Shown: piece after piece, positions 39,855 to 50,541 of the stretch
How positions within the stretch are numbered: position 1 is the stretch's first letter
Layout: each line of letters opens with the position of its first letter
Assembly (NCBI GenBank): GCA_964430105.1
Contig: CAYSEF010000002.1
Location: 10,411 to 74,410 of the forward strand
Direction of reading: 5' to 3'
Source of the DNA: an uncultured Ruminococcus sp.
Lineage (GTDB): Bacteria; Bacillota; Clostridia; Oscillospirales; CAG-272
DNA: 64,000 bases
Program-made: the position numbers and the translations under genes
The notes under the pieces: model-generated
Seen by the model: the letters and a program-made list of their open reading frames with translations, nothing else
The model's database searches: none
Told to the model about the DNA's origin: nothing

Positions 39855-40366
39855 AACATATTCAGCCACACTATTTTTAATATTACATCTCCCAAAAGGA
39901 GTTTATTATGCCTGATTATATCTCTATACGCGGTGCGCGTATGAATAACCTAAAAAATATTTCTATAGACATACCGCGTGATAAGCTTGTGGTTTTTACA
40001 GGTCTCTCCGGTTCGGGAAAATCCTCTCTTGCTTTCGACACAATATATGCAGAAGGTCATCGACGCTTTGTTGAATCACTCTCGTCCTATGCTCGTATGT
40101 TTATCGGTCAAACATATTCAGCCACACTATTTTTAATATTACATCTCCCAAAAGGAGTTTATTATGCCTGATTATATCTCTATACGCGGTGCGCGTATGA
40201 ATAACCTAAAAAATATTTCTATAGACATACCGCGTGATAAGCTTGTGGTTTTTACAGGTCTCTCCGGTTCGGGAAAATCCTCTCTTGCTTTCGACACAAT
40301 ATATGCAGAAGGTCATCGACGCTTTGTTGAATCACTCTCGTCCTATGCTCGTATGTTTATCGGTCA
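39855..40366 (+). repeat. Perfect tandem direct duplication, 2 x 256 bp (39855-40110 and 40111-40366)
   Basis: Base-by-base comparison found no mismatch. Each unit contains the uvrA 5' UTR, the RBS AAAGGAG and uvrA codons 1-68. Confidence 0.95.
39908..40171 (+). pseudogene. Duplicated uvrA 5' fragment ORF (68 UvrA residues including Walker A, plus 19 residues read from the duplicated 5' UTR)
   Basis: [18 protein letters not shown]...GLSGSGKSS...MFIGQ is identical to the uvrA N-terminus, and is followed by [19 protein letters not shown]. The stop at 40169-40171 overlaps the true uvrA start by 8 nt. Confidence 0.85.
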
Positions 40367-42998
40367 GCTCGACAAGCCCGATGTTGACTCGATAGAAGGG
40401 CTTTCACCGGCAATTTCGATAGATCAAAAAACCACATCGAAAAACCCTCGCTCCACTGTCGGAACAGTTACAGAAATTTATGACTACCTCCGTTTGCTCT
40501 ATGCACGTCTTGGAGTACCGCATTGTCCTGTATGTGGCCGTGAAATTCGTCAGACCTCCGTTGACCTGATTATCGACAAGCTCATGGAAATGCCCGTTGG
40601 CGAAAGATTTATGATACTCTCCCCCGTTGTTCGAGGAAAAAAAGGCAGACAGGAAAAAATTCTCGCTGACGCTAAGAAAAACGGCTATGTTCGTGCAAGA
40701 ATCGATGGAATTTTATATGATCTCACAGAGGATATCGAGCTTGACAAAAATCTCCGTCATACAGTCGAGCTTGTTATTGACAGACTTGTGATGAAGGAAG
40801 ATCTACGCAGTCGTCTTACCGATTCAGTTGAATGTGCTTTGCGTGAATCTGACGGATCTGTACTCTGTGTAACTGTCCCTCGTGATGGTGAGTCTGTAGA
40901 AACTGAATTTTCAACAAACTATGCTTGTCCTGAGCATGGTATCTCCTTCGGTGAGCTGGAGCCTCGTATGTTCTCGTTCAATAATCCGTTTGGTGCCTGC
41001 CCGACCTGCAGCGGACTTGGTGTTCTGCGTTCTGTTGATCCACGCAAGATTATTCCCGATAAGTCACTTAGCCTTGGTGAAGGTGCCATTGCTGTAAACG
41101 GCTTCAAAACTCTTACCGATGACTCATGGAACGGCCCTTTGATTCTGGCAGCTCTCGAAAAATACGGAATAACTCTTGATACTCCTATCAAGGATTTCTC
41201 AAAAAAAGCATATGACACTCTCCTATACGGTTCACCTGAGGTTCTTACCGTCACACGTTCTTTCGGCGGTCACAAGCAGCTTCAAACTACTGCATACGAA
41301 GGTCTTATCAAAATGATTGAAAAGCGTTCTCAACCCGGTGGCGGTGCATGGGAGCACGAATATTACGAGCAGTTTCTTACCGATGTTGACTGCCCTGACT
41401 GTCATGGTGCAAAGCTCAATCAATCTGCACTCGGCGTAACTGTCGGTGGTAAAAATATCCATGAATTTTGCATGATGTCCGTTAAGGATTCTCTGAAATT
41501 TACAAATTCGCTCACTTTCTCGGATATGGAAATGCAGATTGCGCATGAAATACTGAAGGAATTACGCAGTCGTCTTGGTTTTCTTGTATCAGTTGGGCTG
41601 GATTATCTCTCACTTGCAAGAAAATCTGCTACTCTCTCCGGTGGCGAGGCTCAGCGAATCAGACTTGCAACTCAGATAGGCTCATCTTTGGCAGGTGTGC
41701 TTTACATCCTTGACGAACCTTCTATAGGACTTCATCAGAGAGATAACACAAAGCTTATCAAAACCCTGCAAAGTCTGCGTGATCTCGGAAATTCTGTTAT
41801 AGTTGTAGAACACGACGAAGAAACCATGCAGGCGGCAGATTACATCGTTGATATCGGTCCGGCTGCCGGTATACATGGTGGTGCTATTGTGTCACAGGGC
41901 ACTCCGGCAGAGGTTTCAGCTGACCAAAATTCAGTTACAGGTGCATTTTTATCAGGCAGACGAAAAATCGAGGTTCCGACTATCAGACGTGCCGGAAACG
42001 GAAAAAAGCTCACTATAGTCGGTGCAAGGGAAAATAATCTCAAAAATATCGATGTAGATATACCTCTCGGATGCTTTGTTTGCGTTACAGGTGTGTCAGG
42101 CTCGGGTAAATCATCTCTCGTAAATTCGATTCTCTATCGTTCACTGGCGGCAAAGCTGAATCGTGCGATAACCTTCCCGGGTGATCACGACAGAATAGAC
42201 GGTGTAGAAGCACTCGACAAAATAATCGCAATCGACCAGTCCCCTATCGGACGTACTCCACGTTCAAATCCTGCTACCTACACAGGTCTTTTCAACGATA
42301 TACGAAACCTGTTTGCTCAAACTCCCGGTGCGAAAATGCGTGGCTACAGTAGCGGACGTTTTTCGTTCAATATCAAGGGTGGCAGATGTGAAGCCTGCGA
42401 GGGTGATGGCGTAAAGAAGATAGAAATGCATTTTCTCCCCGACGTATATGTGACCTGCGATGTATGCCACGGAAAACGCTACAATCGTGAAACACTTGAG
42501 GTTAAATACAAGGAAAAATCCATTGCGGATGTACTTGAAATGACAGCTGACGAGGGAGTTGAATTCTTCCGTGATCTTCCAAAAATCGCAAACAGACTTG
42601 AACTGCTCTGCAAAGTCGGTCTGGGATATATCAAAATAGGTCAAGCCTCAACAACTCTTTCAGGCGGTGAAGCACAGAGAGTAAAGCTTGCGACCGAGCT
42701 TTCAAAGCGTTCCACAGGTCGAACACTGTATGTTCTCGATGAACCTACAACGGGCCTTCATACAGCTGATGTTGAAAAGCTTATCGCAATACTGCAAGCA
42801 CTGGTTGACGGAGGTAATACTGTCGTTGTTATAGAGCATAACCTTGATGTTATCAAATGTGCGGATCACATCATAGATATGGGTCCCGAAGGTGGAGATG
42901 GCGGTGGTATGGTTATCGCACAGGGTACACCGGAGGAAATTTCTACGGTAGAAGCTTCTTACACAGGACAGTACTTAAAAGACAAGCTGAAATTCTAA
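40164..42998 (+). CDS. uvrA: Excinuclease ABC subunit A
   Basis: 944 aa. Two ABC modules (GLSGSGKSS and GVSGSGKSS), LSGGEAQR twice, and Zn-finger CxxC pairs. Confidence 0.97.
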   Translation: MPDYISIRGARMNNLKNISIDIPRDKLVVFTGLSGSGKSSLAFDTIYAEGHRRFVESLSSYARMFIGQLDKPDVDSIEGLSPAISIDQKTTSKNPRSTVGTVTEIYDYLRLLYARLGVPHCPVCGREIRQTSVDLIIDKLMEMPVGERFMILSPVVRGKKGRQEKILADAKKNGYVRARIDGILYDLTEDIELDKNLRHTVELVIDRLVMKEDLRSRLTDSVECALRESDGSVLCVTVPRDGESVETEFSTNYACPEHGISFGELEPRMFSFNNPFGACPTCSGLGVLRSVDPRKIIPDKSLSLGEGAIAVNGFKTLTDDSWNGPLILAALEKYGITLDTPIKDFSKKAYDTLLYGSPEVLTVTRSFGGHKQLQTTAYEGLIKMIEKRSQPGGGAWEHEYYEQFLTDVDCPDCHGAKLNQSALGVTVGGKNIHEFCMMSVKDSLKFTNSLTFSDMEMQIAHEILKELRSRLGFLVSVGLDYLSLARKSATLSGGEAQRIRLATQIGSSLAGVLYILDEPSIGLHQRDNTKLIKTLQSLRDLGNSVIVVEHDEETMQAADYIVDIGPAAGIHGGAIVSQGTPAEVSADQNSVTGAFLSGRRKIEVPTIRRAGNGKKLTIVGARENNLKNIDVDIPLGCFVCVTGVSGSGKSSLVNSILYRSLAAKLNRAITFPGDHDRIDGVEALDKIIAIDQSPIGRTPRSNPATYTGLFNDIRNLFAQTPGAKMRGYSSGRFSFNIKGGRCEACEGDGVKKIEMHFLPDVYVTCDVCHGKRYNRETLEVKYKEKSIADVLEMTADEGVEFFRDLPKIANRLELLCKVGLGYIKIGQASTTLSGGEAQRVKLATELSKRSTGRTLYVLDEPTTGLHTADVEKLIAILQALVDGGNTVVVIEHNLDVIKCADHIIDMGPEGGDGGGMVIAQGTPEEISTVEASYTGQYLKDKLKF

Positions 42999-43021
42999 TC
43001 AAATCTTAATCTGCCCATGCC

Positions 43022-43051
43022 TTGACACGATAAATAGATTCGTGCTATAAT
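43022..43051 (+). promoter_or_regulatory. Candidate promoter of the downstream membrane protein gene
   Basis: TTGACA (43022-43027), 18 nt, then TATAAT (43046-43051). Confidence 0.6.
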
Positions 43052-43098
43052 TTTCATACAGTCATTTGAACCGTTTATACAAACGAAAGGACACTATC

Positions 43099-44763
43099 AT
43101 GAAAAAACGCACGACCGCTGTTATTGTTTATCTTATCGCAGCAGTCCTTCTCATTTGCGGAGTTTATTATGTAACGCTCCCGCCAATATCGATTTATTCC
43201 GGCGCATTTTGGACTTTCATGTTCTTTATTGATGCCGTAATATTCGTTTCTTACTTTATAATCGGCCTTATCACGGGGAAATTTTTCACTGAAACTGTAA
43301 AAATGCCCTCAGGTAATATAGATTTTCGCACATCAATGAACGGTCATAAGCCGAAATTCTATAAAGTACAACTTGTTTTAACTATTGCAGTTATCGTTTT
43401 CCTCGTTATCGGCTCGCTGATCGGCTCAGAAGTTTTCCGTGCAAAAACCTATTCCTCACTCATAAACGTACAGGAAAAGGATTTCGCAGATACTATTGCA
43501 GAAACTGAATATGTTTCCGATATTGCACTCATGGACACAGCTTCCGCAAGGATAATCGGTGCAAGAACACTCGGTACACTCTCCGATCTTGTATCGCAGT
43601 ATGAGGTTGCATATGATTACACGCAGATAGCAATGACCGACGGTGCTTCATCTAAGCCGTACAAGGTAGCTCCTCTTGAATATGCTTCATTTATCAAGTG
43701 GCTCACAAACAGCAGTTCAGGTATACCGGGTTATGTAAAGGTTGATGCAGTTGAATTTTCCGCTGAATTTGTCCGTCTGTCAGATTCTTATATCAAATAC
43801 AGCCCTTCCGCTTATTTCAGCCAGGATTTGTACCGTGCACTCAGATTTGCATATCCGACTAAGATTTTCGGCAGTATCTGCTTTGAAGTCGATGACAACG
43901 GACATCCGTATTGGGTAGCTTCTACCATGAAGCCAAATGCAGGTCTTTTCGGTGCAATGGACGTTGACACAGTTATCACACTTGACGCTTGCACAGGAGA
44001 AACTGTTGAATATATCCCATCCGAATCTCCTGACTGGATCGATATCGTTTATTACGGCAATCTCATTACTCGAAAATATGACTGGTACGGTATGCTGTCG
44101 GGCGGTTACCTCAATTCTGCCTTCAGTCAATCGGGATGCGTTGTTACAACAGATGATTACGGTTACAAAATCATTGGCAATGACGTTTATATTTTCACAG
44201 GTGTGACTTCGACCGCAGGAGATGAGGCAAACATCGGCTTTATCCTTGCAAACAGTCGCACAGGCGATTATCTTTATTTTGCAGTTCCGGGTGCTGAGGA
44301 ATATTCCGCAATGTCAGCGGCAGAAGGCTCGGTTCAGCAATACGGCTACAGAGCTTCATTCCCGTCTCTTGTAAATGTAGGCGGTGAGGCAACCTATATC
44401 ATGGTATTAAAGGATGCCTCCGGTATTGTAAAAATGTACTCTATGGTAAACATGGAAAACTACAACATTGTAGTTACAAGCGATACTCAAGATGATGTTT
44501 TCCGTAAATATAAAGCCGCACTTCGTCAAAACGGCTCTAAGGTTTCCTCAGATGAGCTAATTAACGAAGTGATAACAGTTGATGAGATACTCTACATTAC
44601 GATGAGTGGCGAAACTACTGTTTATATAAAGGCTCCAACAGGCATTTATGGCATGGAATTTGACGAAAGTGTATTATTCATCGAAGAAGGTGACAAAATC
44701 ACCGTAGCATATTCCGAGAAAAACGAAAATGGCGTGACACGCATAAACAATATCGTAAAATAA
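43099..44763 (+). CDS. Membrane protein of unknown function (3 N-terminal TM helices + ~430-aa extracytoplasmic domain)
   Basis: The ATG at 43099 follows AAAGGA. MKKRTTAVIVYLIAAVLLICG... No family recognised. Confidence 0.7.
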   Translation: MKKRTTAVIVYLIAAVLLICGVYYVTLPPISIYSGAFWTFMFFIDAVIFVSYFIIGLITGKFFTETVKMPSGNIDFRTSMNGHKPKFYKVQLVLTIAVIVFLVIGSLIGSEVFRAKTYSSLINVQEKDFADTIAETEYVSDIALMDTASARIIGARTLGTLSDLVSQYEVAYDYTQIAMTDGASSKPYKVAPLEYASFIKWLTNSSSGIPGYVKVDAVEFSAEFVRLSDSYIKYSPSAYFSQDLYRALRFAYPTKIFGSICFEVDDNGHPYWVASTMKPNAGLFGAMDVDTVITLDACTGETVEYIPSESPDWIDIVYYGNLITRKYDWYGMLSGGYLNSAFSQSGCVVTTDDYGYKIIGNDVYIFTGVTSTAGDEANIGFILANSRTGDYLYFAVPGAEEYSAMSAAEGSVQQYGYRASFPSLVNVGGEATYIMVLKDASGIVKMYSMVNMENYNIVVTSDTQDDVFRKYKAALRQNGSKVSSDELINEVITVDEILYITMSGETTVYIKAPTGIYGMEFDESVLFIEEGDKITVAYSEKNENGVTRINNIVK

Positions 44764-44769
44764 TAAAAC

Positions 44770-44824
44770 AACGCGGTATTCACTCTGCTCTTACACTGAG
44801 CTGTGAATATCGCGTTATTTTTTT
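44770..44824. terminator. Bidirectional terminator separating the membrane protein gene from the phage-like cluster
   Basis: AACGCGGTATTCAC/GTGAATATCGCGTT (one mismatch), with a T-run on the right and an A-rich left flank. Confidence 0.7.
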
Positions 44825-44898
44825 GACTCTTTCTCTTGATAAATTATATGCTGATTCTCATTGAACTATACCTGAATTTTCAGGAAATAAGATTATAT

Positions 44899-45993
44899 TC
44901 ACCCAACCTCAACAAGTGGTGTCACCTGCTTTACTTCACCGTCTTTTCCGATATACAAGCCCGATGCAAGCCTTATTTCACCATTTACACCGATATAAAT
45001 ATTCGACAGTATCGTTTTAAGAAGCTCGCTCGTTACATAACACGATCTGCTTGATGTTGCACGACCTACTGCACAAACTCTGTATTGTACAGTTTCAGCG
45101 CCAAGTGGTATCGTATCTGTAAATGAAGTCGAAGTACCCGCATAAATCAGCGTATAATCTCCTCCGTCAAGTGATCTTTCAAGCACAAATCCATTGGTTG
45201 CAGGGTAGTTTCCGTCTTCGATATACTTCCATGTGAGCTTTGACGGGGCACGAACAATGGGTGTTTCGCACTGAAGCTCAAACGGTGGACGTGGTCTGTT
45301 TTGATATGACACCACATAAAACGGACTCTCTACCTCAACCAGCTCGATATAATCCTCTCTTGCATCGTTTGCTGATTCGTATACACCCATATATAAAGTA
45401 ACGTAATACATCGAGCCTACAGCATGACTTTCAGATACATATCTGCTTACCGAAGCACTTGTGAATTTAGCAGTATAGACATTTGACATCGTCCAATAAT
45501 TCACATCAGCGTTTTTATAATGCTCTATCAGCCCAACACCGGCAGTAGGTCTTCCAAGCGGATCTTTTATACTCCACGATATAGTATGTGCCATCTGATT
45601 TCTCGGGCCGGGGCAAGTCAATGTGACCTCGGGACTAACGCTATCAAACGATGTACGCCAGGTGAAATCCATACCGTCAGTAGAGGCTTCATCTATTTGG
45701 CGATCGTCATAAAAAACGTACATTCCCGAAAGATTCACAGTTTTCACGTTATCGTTATACGGAAAAGTAACGCTCTGCTTTTCTCCAAACGGCTCTGCGT
45801 TTATCAATCTCGTATATCCGTTGTATTTCAGCGTGAGCTTAACAGATCCGTTGTAAAACTGTGCTGTTGAGCTTTGATAACCGAGTGTGACATACAATGT
45901 TTCGCCATCTGTTTCAACTCGCAGGTATCCTGAAAAATCGCTGTACCTTGAACCAAGCTTTAATTGCTCAACACTGCGAAATAACAGTTTCAT
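44899..45993 (-). CDS. Phage tail fibre/receptor-binding-like protein with an FN3-like domain
   Basis: It is the last gene of the tail module. The FN3-like segment is ...PSKLTWKYIEDG...GFVLERSLDGGDYTLIYAGTSTSFTDT...YRVCAV. GGAGG RBS. Confidence 0.55.
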   Translation of the reverse strand: MKLLFRSVEQLKLGSRYSDFSGYLRVETDGETLYVTLGYQSSTAQFYNGSVKLTLKYNGYTRLINAEPFGEKQSVTFPYNDNVKTVNLSGMYVFYDDRQIDEASTDGMDFTWRTSFDSVSPEVTLTCPGPRNQMAHTISWSIKDPLGRPTAGVGLIEHYKNADVNYWTMSNVYTAKFTSASVSRYVSESHAVGSMYYVTLYMGVYESANDAREDYIELVEVESPFYVVSYQNRPRPPFELQCETPIVRAPSKLTWKYIEDGNYPATNGFVLERSLDGGDYTLIYAGTSTSFTDTIPLGAETVQYRVCAVGRATSSRSCYVTSELLKTILSNIYIGVNGEIRLASGLYIGKDGEVKQVTPLVEVG

Positions 45994-46008
45994 CTTTATC
46001 CTCCCACG

Positions 46009-46713
46009 TTAATTCTCGGACAGCAGTACAAACAGCTCACCATCACCTAAAGATGAAGGAAGTGACGTACCGTAACCGATATTTCTGACTACCTGCTTTC
46101 CTGTAGCATCAGCTGCCGCACGAAGCTCACCCGTCATTGAGCCACCTGAACGAAGCAGATAATTCATCGCCGCGACTCCACCAAGCATATTTGCATTTTC
46201 AGCAAGTCCAACCGTCGCAAGAGCATCTACAGCCGAGGTTACGATGCCACATTTGTTTCTGTCAGTTCTTGTGTCTGTTATCATATCTGACGTTACTTCT
46301 ACAGCTGAAGCAGGTACAGTAATCTCAGCGATAACAAGATCCTTGATGCTGTCATTATTCAATGCACCACCATCTGTTAAGACAAGCTTAAACTCTCCTG
46401 CCAACGAATTGAGCCTGAGCATAACGGAATATGTTACTCCCTTTGCAAGAGTGAACGTCTGTGCAGTTTTCTGCCATGCCATATACCCTCTTATCCATGC
46501 GATTCCCGATGATATTTCAACAGTATATCCTGATTTTGGCACAACCTTGAAGCTGTCCTCACCACATATACCATCCTTATAAAAGCACTCTATCATCTTC
46601 GCAAAGAATACCGAATCAACTGCCTTATCCCCTCTCGGAAAGCCTCCGACAGTTTCTACTACCTCCGTTGAATCGAACATACCGCCATACACCGGCAAGG
46701 TTATTTCTGCCAT
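46009..46713 (-). CDS. Phage tail fibre-like protein
   Basis: MAEITLPVYGGMFDS... is an N-terminus common in siphophage fibre/baseplate proteins, and the C-terminal LLRSGGSMTGEL is a fibre motif. The ATG at 46713 follows GAAAGGAG. Confidence 0.55.
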   Translation of the reverse strand: MAEITLPVYGGMFDSTEVVETVGGFPRGDKAVDSVFFAKMIECFYKDGICGEDSFKVVPKSGYTVEISSGIAWIRGYMAWQKTAQTFTLAKGVTYSVMLRLNSLAGEFKLVLTDGGALNNDSIKDLVIAEITVPASAVEVTSDMITDTRTDRNKCGIVTSAVDALATVGLAENANMLGGVAAMNYLLRSGGSMTGELRAAADATGKQVVRNIGYGTSLPSSLGDGELFVLLSEN

Positions 46714-46789
46714 TGTAAAACTCCTTTCTAATATTGTATTCGAGGACACATCTGCAAAAAATGAGCCTCTTTGAATTTCTTAATTTCCT

Positions 46790-47821
46790 TCACACCGACA
46801 TTACACGTTTGACACGTCTTATTTCTTCACCAAATGACGGGCATATCAGGCAAAGTCCGTTTTCGTAAACTGTATCCACTGCTGTAAGTCGCAAAGCATA
46901 GGACAAACCAAAGCCCTCATCAACAACGTCACAAATATCTCCTATCAAATAGTCTTTACCATATCTTGGTAGCGCATCTGTGTCCGTTTCAGCAGTCACA
47001 TACAGTCCCCTCGGATATTTTGCCAAAGTTTCCGTACCTCTGATCCTCAGCGCAGTCTGATATTCCGTTTCATCGGCAAATTTTGAAGGTGCAATATCGG
47101 TTGCTTTTTTATAAATCTCACGCTTTTCACCGTTTTCCGATCTATCGACTGTTACAACAGTACCATCGCTTCCCTCAACATATGCTACATTTTTGAAATC
47201 GCTCGAATCCTGCTCAAGTGATATCGAAACTATATTTCCAAATGATGCCGAAAATATAGCAGGCTGTGTCGCTTCAATCGACTCCGAAGACCTATCGATT
47301 CCCTGCACTATACGGAATATCGGCTTCATTCTCTCACTGTCAAGTGTTATTTTATACGATGCGCCGTATGGTTTTAGCACAGAATACACCCAGTCAGACA
47401 GATTATCCCACTCATAAGGCAATACTGCTGTATCGGATATCACTGCCGATTCACCGATAATTATATCAAGTCCTCGTAAATTTGCTTCTACTGCTGACAC
47501 TACCGCCTCTGTTACAGTTCCGCTGTACGATGCCTTGCCTATCATTCGTCTGTCACTTAAAAGCACCTCAAGAAGATGCCCACCAAGCTCACAGCTGTTG
47601 TCCTCATCGCTTACAAGATACTCTATTCTCCCACATCTTTCTCCATCCGTTACATAAACAGCCTTCTCGAACACAGCTATCATTTCTCGCGGAAAATGCA
47701 GAGTGAATGAGCCGATTTCAAAATATCTTTCCGACCATACTACAGATGTAAGTGAATCTATCGGGCCAAATATCAGCGAAAAATCCTTGTCCAAAAGGAA
47801 TATCTCAGTCTTTTGATGCAT
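46790..47821 (-). CDS. Siphovirus ReqiPepy6 Gp37-like tail protein
   Basis: MHQKTEIFLLDKDFSLIFGPIDSLTSVVWSERYFEIGSFTLHFP matches my memory of the Gp37-like N-terminal signature. The ATG at 47821 follows GAGGTG. Confidence 0.65.
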   Translation of the reverse strand: MHQKTEIFLLDKDFSLIFGPIDSLTSVVWSERYFEIGSFTLHFPREMIAVFEKAVYVTDGERCGRIEYLVSDEDNSCELGGHLLEVLLSDRRMIGKASYSGTVTEAVVSAVEANLRGLDIIIGESAVISDTAVLPYEWDNLSDWVYSVLKPYGASYKITLDSERMKPIFRIVQGIDRSSESIEATQPAIFSASFGNIVSISLEQDSSDFKNVAYVEGSDGTVVTVDRSENGEKREIYKKATDIAPSKFADETEYQTALRIRGTETLAKYPRGLYVTAETDTDALPRYGKDYLIGDICDVVDEGFGLSYALRLTAVDTVYENGLCLICPSFGEEIRRVKRVMSV

Positions 47822-47829
47822 ATTGCACC

Positions 47830-48696
47830 TCACATTCCGTAATACAGTGGCGTGAATGTTATCTCTGCATCAACAAATTCCTCACCGCTGTCACAAGTAA
47901 TGCTGACTGAATTATCTCCCGGAATAAGACTGAAAAATCTGCTGTTTTTATCGAACACAAAGCTTCGTTCGCCATTTTTAGTGATATTTTTTCGTGCCTC
48001 TCTCGTATCTATTATAAGAACATCTCCGTCATCAAGAGTTATCGGACATTTTACAAAATCCTCTCCGCATACAATACCCGGATGAACGACAGCACCTCCT
48101 GAAGCAGCGATCTTTGCAACCAGTCCACATTCACCGTCACCGGTATTTTTGAGTACAGCGCTGTCTGTTGTGCGATACATACCTGAAACAGAGCCTGAAC
48201 CGGCCATAAAATTCATCGGAAATGTCAGCATCGGTGCAACGTCACGGAATGGAACAACAACATCCTCTGCGTCACGGAAAAATACTCCTGGTGCGATAAA
48301 CAAAACATTCACCTCTGTACTGTCGTAAAATGTACCACGATTAAATTCAGCTTCGTCATACGGTATAACAGATATTTTCCTGTGTACGCCACCGAACGCA
48401 ACATCAAGCTCACATTCAGCCTCAGGGTCAAGCATTGATACAATAAGTCTGCGTACTTCATCTGCTCTTTCAGGGAGAATTTCAAAGCTAAGTCCTATTT
48501 CACGCTCTGCAAAACGCTTTTTCTGTGGATATCCGCCTACCCTGCTTGCGTACGGTGCAAGTACCACATCAAATCCTGCCGAACCGAATCCTGTCATTCC
48601 ACCTTCAATAAGACGGCAATCTGCTGTAGGGGATATCTCAAGCTCTCGAATTCGCCCGTACTTCTTTGAAATCAGTTTTATTAAGTAGTCTGTCAT
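47830..48696 (-). CDS. Distal tail protein (Dit, Sipho_tail-like)
   Basis: It lies directly after the TMP with a 4-nt overlap. Size and beta-rich sequence are typical. Confidence 0.6.
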   Translation of the reverse strand: MTDYLIKLISKKYGRIRELEISPTADCRLIEGGMTGFGSAGFDVVLAPYASRVGGYPQKKRFAEREIGLSFEILPERADEVRRLIVSMLDPEAECELDVAFGGVHRKISVIPYDEAEFNRGTFYDSTEVNVLFIAPGVFFRDAEDVVVPFRDVAPMLTFPMNFMAGSGSVSGMYRTTDSAVLKNTGDGECGLVAKIAASGGAVVHPGIVCGEDFVKCPITLDDGDVLIIDTREARKNITKNGERSFVFDKNSRFFSLIPGDNSVSITCDSGEEFVDAEITFTPLYYGM

Positions 48697-49481
48697 AAAC
48701 GGAATATCGCCTCACTTTCACGTCGTATTCTTCTTGCAATCCTGTACGGTGAGTTTGTTTCATCACGAAGATAAATATTCTGCGTTACAGCTCTGCCACT
48801 TCCCTGACCGACAGATGAAACACCTCTCATCGCTGTAACTCCATAAACAGAATTCATTGCTCCGCTTACAAAAGGCGAACCGTCCAAAATACCTTCTGCG
48901 ATACCTCGTGATATCATAACTCCGACCTCATCTCTCATAAGCCTTGACGGTGATGATATTTGATAATATGCCTTCAAAGCTGTATTTGCTTCCTCTGCAA
49001 CCTGTTTTATCGCAGAAACGACCTCAGCCCCCGCCGAACGTATACCGGAAGCTACTCCTGACATGATATTTCCACCAATAGATGACCACCCACTTGACTG
49101 AAATGCTGATATTGCCTGTGACGCTATCAAGCTGACCGCAGAGGTTACAGCACTGCCACCTGATGACACACCGCTTGATATTGCAGAAACCGCCTGTGTG
49201 CCTGCCGAAGACCAACCTGCTCCTGTAAATGAAGCTATCGCAGCTGTAGCAGTATTCTGCATCGTTGAAGAAATATTTTCTGCCATTGCCGTAACGGATT
49301 CAGATACTCCCGACAACGCTTGTGCCATGGAAGCAGATATTCCGTCAGCTGCAAACGCCTGTGCCATAGAGGTATTTATTCTTGTGCCAAGCTCGCGTAT
49401 CTGAAATTCAAGCGAAGTTGCCGATGCCGAAAAGGATGAAGTATCTAACGCAACTCCTATAACAATCGATCCATCTGCCAT
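48693..49481 (-). CDS. Tape measure protein, unusually short (262 aa)
   Basis: It sits between the chaperones and Dit. The Ala/Ser/Gly-rich repetitive sequence (…SASMAQA…, AVSAISSGVSSGGSAVTSAVS…) is typical of TMPs. Confidence 0.65.
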   Translation of the reverse strand: MADGSIVIGVALDTSSFSASATSLEFQIRELGTRINTSMAQAFAADGISASMAQALSGVSESVTAMAENISSTMQNTATAAIASFTGAGWSSAGTQAVSAISSGVSSGGSAVTSAVSLIASQAISAFQSSGWSSIGGNIMSGVASGIRSAGAEVVSAIKQVAEEANTALKAYYQISSPSRLMRDEVGVMISRGIAEGILDGSPFVSGAMNSVYGVTAMRGVSSVGQGSGRAVTQNIYLRDETNSPYRIARRIRRESEAIFRL

Positions 49482-49496
49482 AGTTTTTCTCCTTTC

Positions 49497-50108
49497 TTAA
49501 GGCTTGTTTGAATTATTCTGTATTTGCTCTCTCTTTGGCAAACGAACTGCCGCTCTTGCACGTCTTAACTGCTTTCGCAAGCCATCGTCCGCTATTTTCG
49601 TCACGTCAATGCTCCTCAATTCAACCGTCTGCATAAATGCACAATCTCGTGGCAAGCATCGCAATAATGCCATAAATTTCCACCAATGCATATTGATCTC
49701 GTTCAAATCTATGCCATACACAGCCATAAACGATGCAAAAATACGTTCGCTGTCTATCTCAAAATCGAATACAGGCATATTTTTTGACGAGCTTTGTGCG
49801 TGTTTTGCGTTATTTTCACTTGTATACAAAGCATCACCGCATAGTGCAAAGCATCCGGCTTCACGAATAAATTCCTCTGCCAACGAACGATTCTTACACA
49901 AAGCCGAACGGATGGCAGGACAGACCAGCATTGCCGCACAGTCTGCCACTGTTAAACCATCAAGTTCTGTTTCAAGCAACTCGGTAAAGAGTATCCAGCG
50001 ACGAAAATCAGTTATAAGCTTGTACGAAATACCACCAACCGTGATACTGCTCGGCAATCTGTCGCAAATTAGCGATGCTTTTCCACTCACCTCACCGACT
50101 GACATCAC
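49497..50108 (-). CDS. Phage Gp15-family tail assembly protein
   Basis: ...ITVGGISYKLITDFRRWILFTELLE... resembles Phage_Gp15. It lies immediately upstream of the TMP. Confidence 0.6.
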   Translation of the reverse strand: MMSVGEVSGKASLICDRLPSSITVGGISYKLITDFRRWILFTELLETELDGLTVADCAAMLVCPAIRSALCKNRSLAEEFIREAGCFALCGDALYTSENNAKHAQSSSKNMPVFDFEIDSERIFASFMAVYGIDLNEINMHWWKFMALLRCLPRDCAFMQTVELRSIDVTKIADDGLRKQLRRARAAVRLPKREQIQNNSNKP

Positions 50109-50515
50109 ATTACCACCGCCTCAGCACCGCCAAGCTCAGCGATACGAGTGGCGAATTTTTCGGTCACACGCTTATCAACATCCTCACGGAATTTTTTCAA
50201 AGCTTCAAGCTGTTCATTCACGAACATTATAAAATCAACATACGCTCCCATGTGTGCCTCAAAACTGCTTCTGTCACCACAAATAACCACTACCTTATCT
50301 TCTCCGAAAACTGCTTTGAAAAATTCACCTATCATTCCACATACACGCTCTATTTCTTCAGGTGTATTCTTTTCGCTTCCATCTGTAGCTTCATAGTTTT
50401 CACGCAATTCCTCAAGCGCAAGGTTTATTCGCTTCATACATTCGCTGTCACTGATATCAAAGTAGTGTTCGGCACCATTCCAGCTCCATGTGTGGTTTCT
50501 TATCGTGTTTTCCAT
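50105..50515 (-). CDS. Tail assembly chaperone-like protein
   Basis: Acidic ~136-aa protein between the tube gene and Gp15. The ATG at 50515 follows AAGGAGAG. Confidence 0.5.
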   Translation of the reverse strand: MENTIRNHTWSWNGAEHYFDISDSECMKRINLALEELRENYEATDGSEKNTPEEIERVCGMIGEFFKAVFGEDKVVVICGDRSSFEAHMGAYVDFIMFVNEQLEALKKFREDVDKRVTEKFATRIAELGGAEAVVM

Positions 50516-50541
50516 CGTTGCTCTCCTTTCCGTTATTTGAA

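Noticed and set aside
39845-40163. Interpreting the 256-bp duplication as a target-site duplication left by insertion of the defence operon
   Set aside because: The two copies are adjacent (tandem) and do not flank the TerB/ATPase/helicase genes. A replication-slippage or unequal-crossover duplication, or an assembly artefact, explains it more simply.
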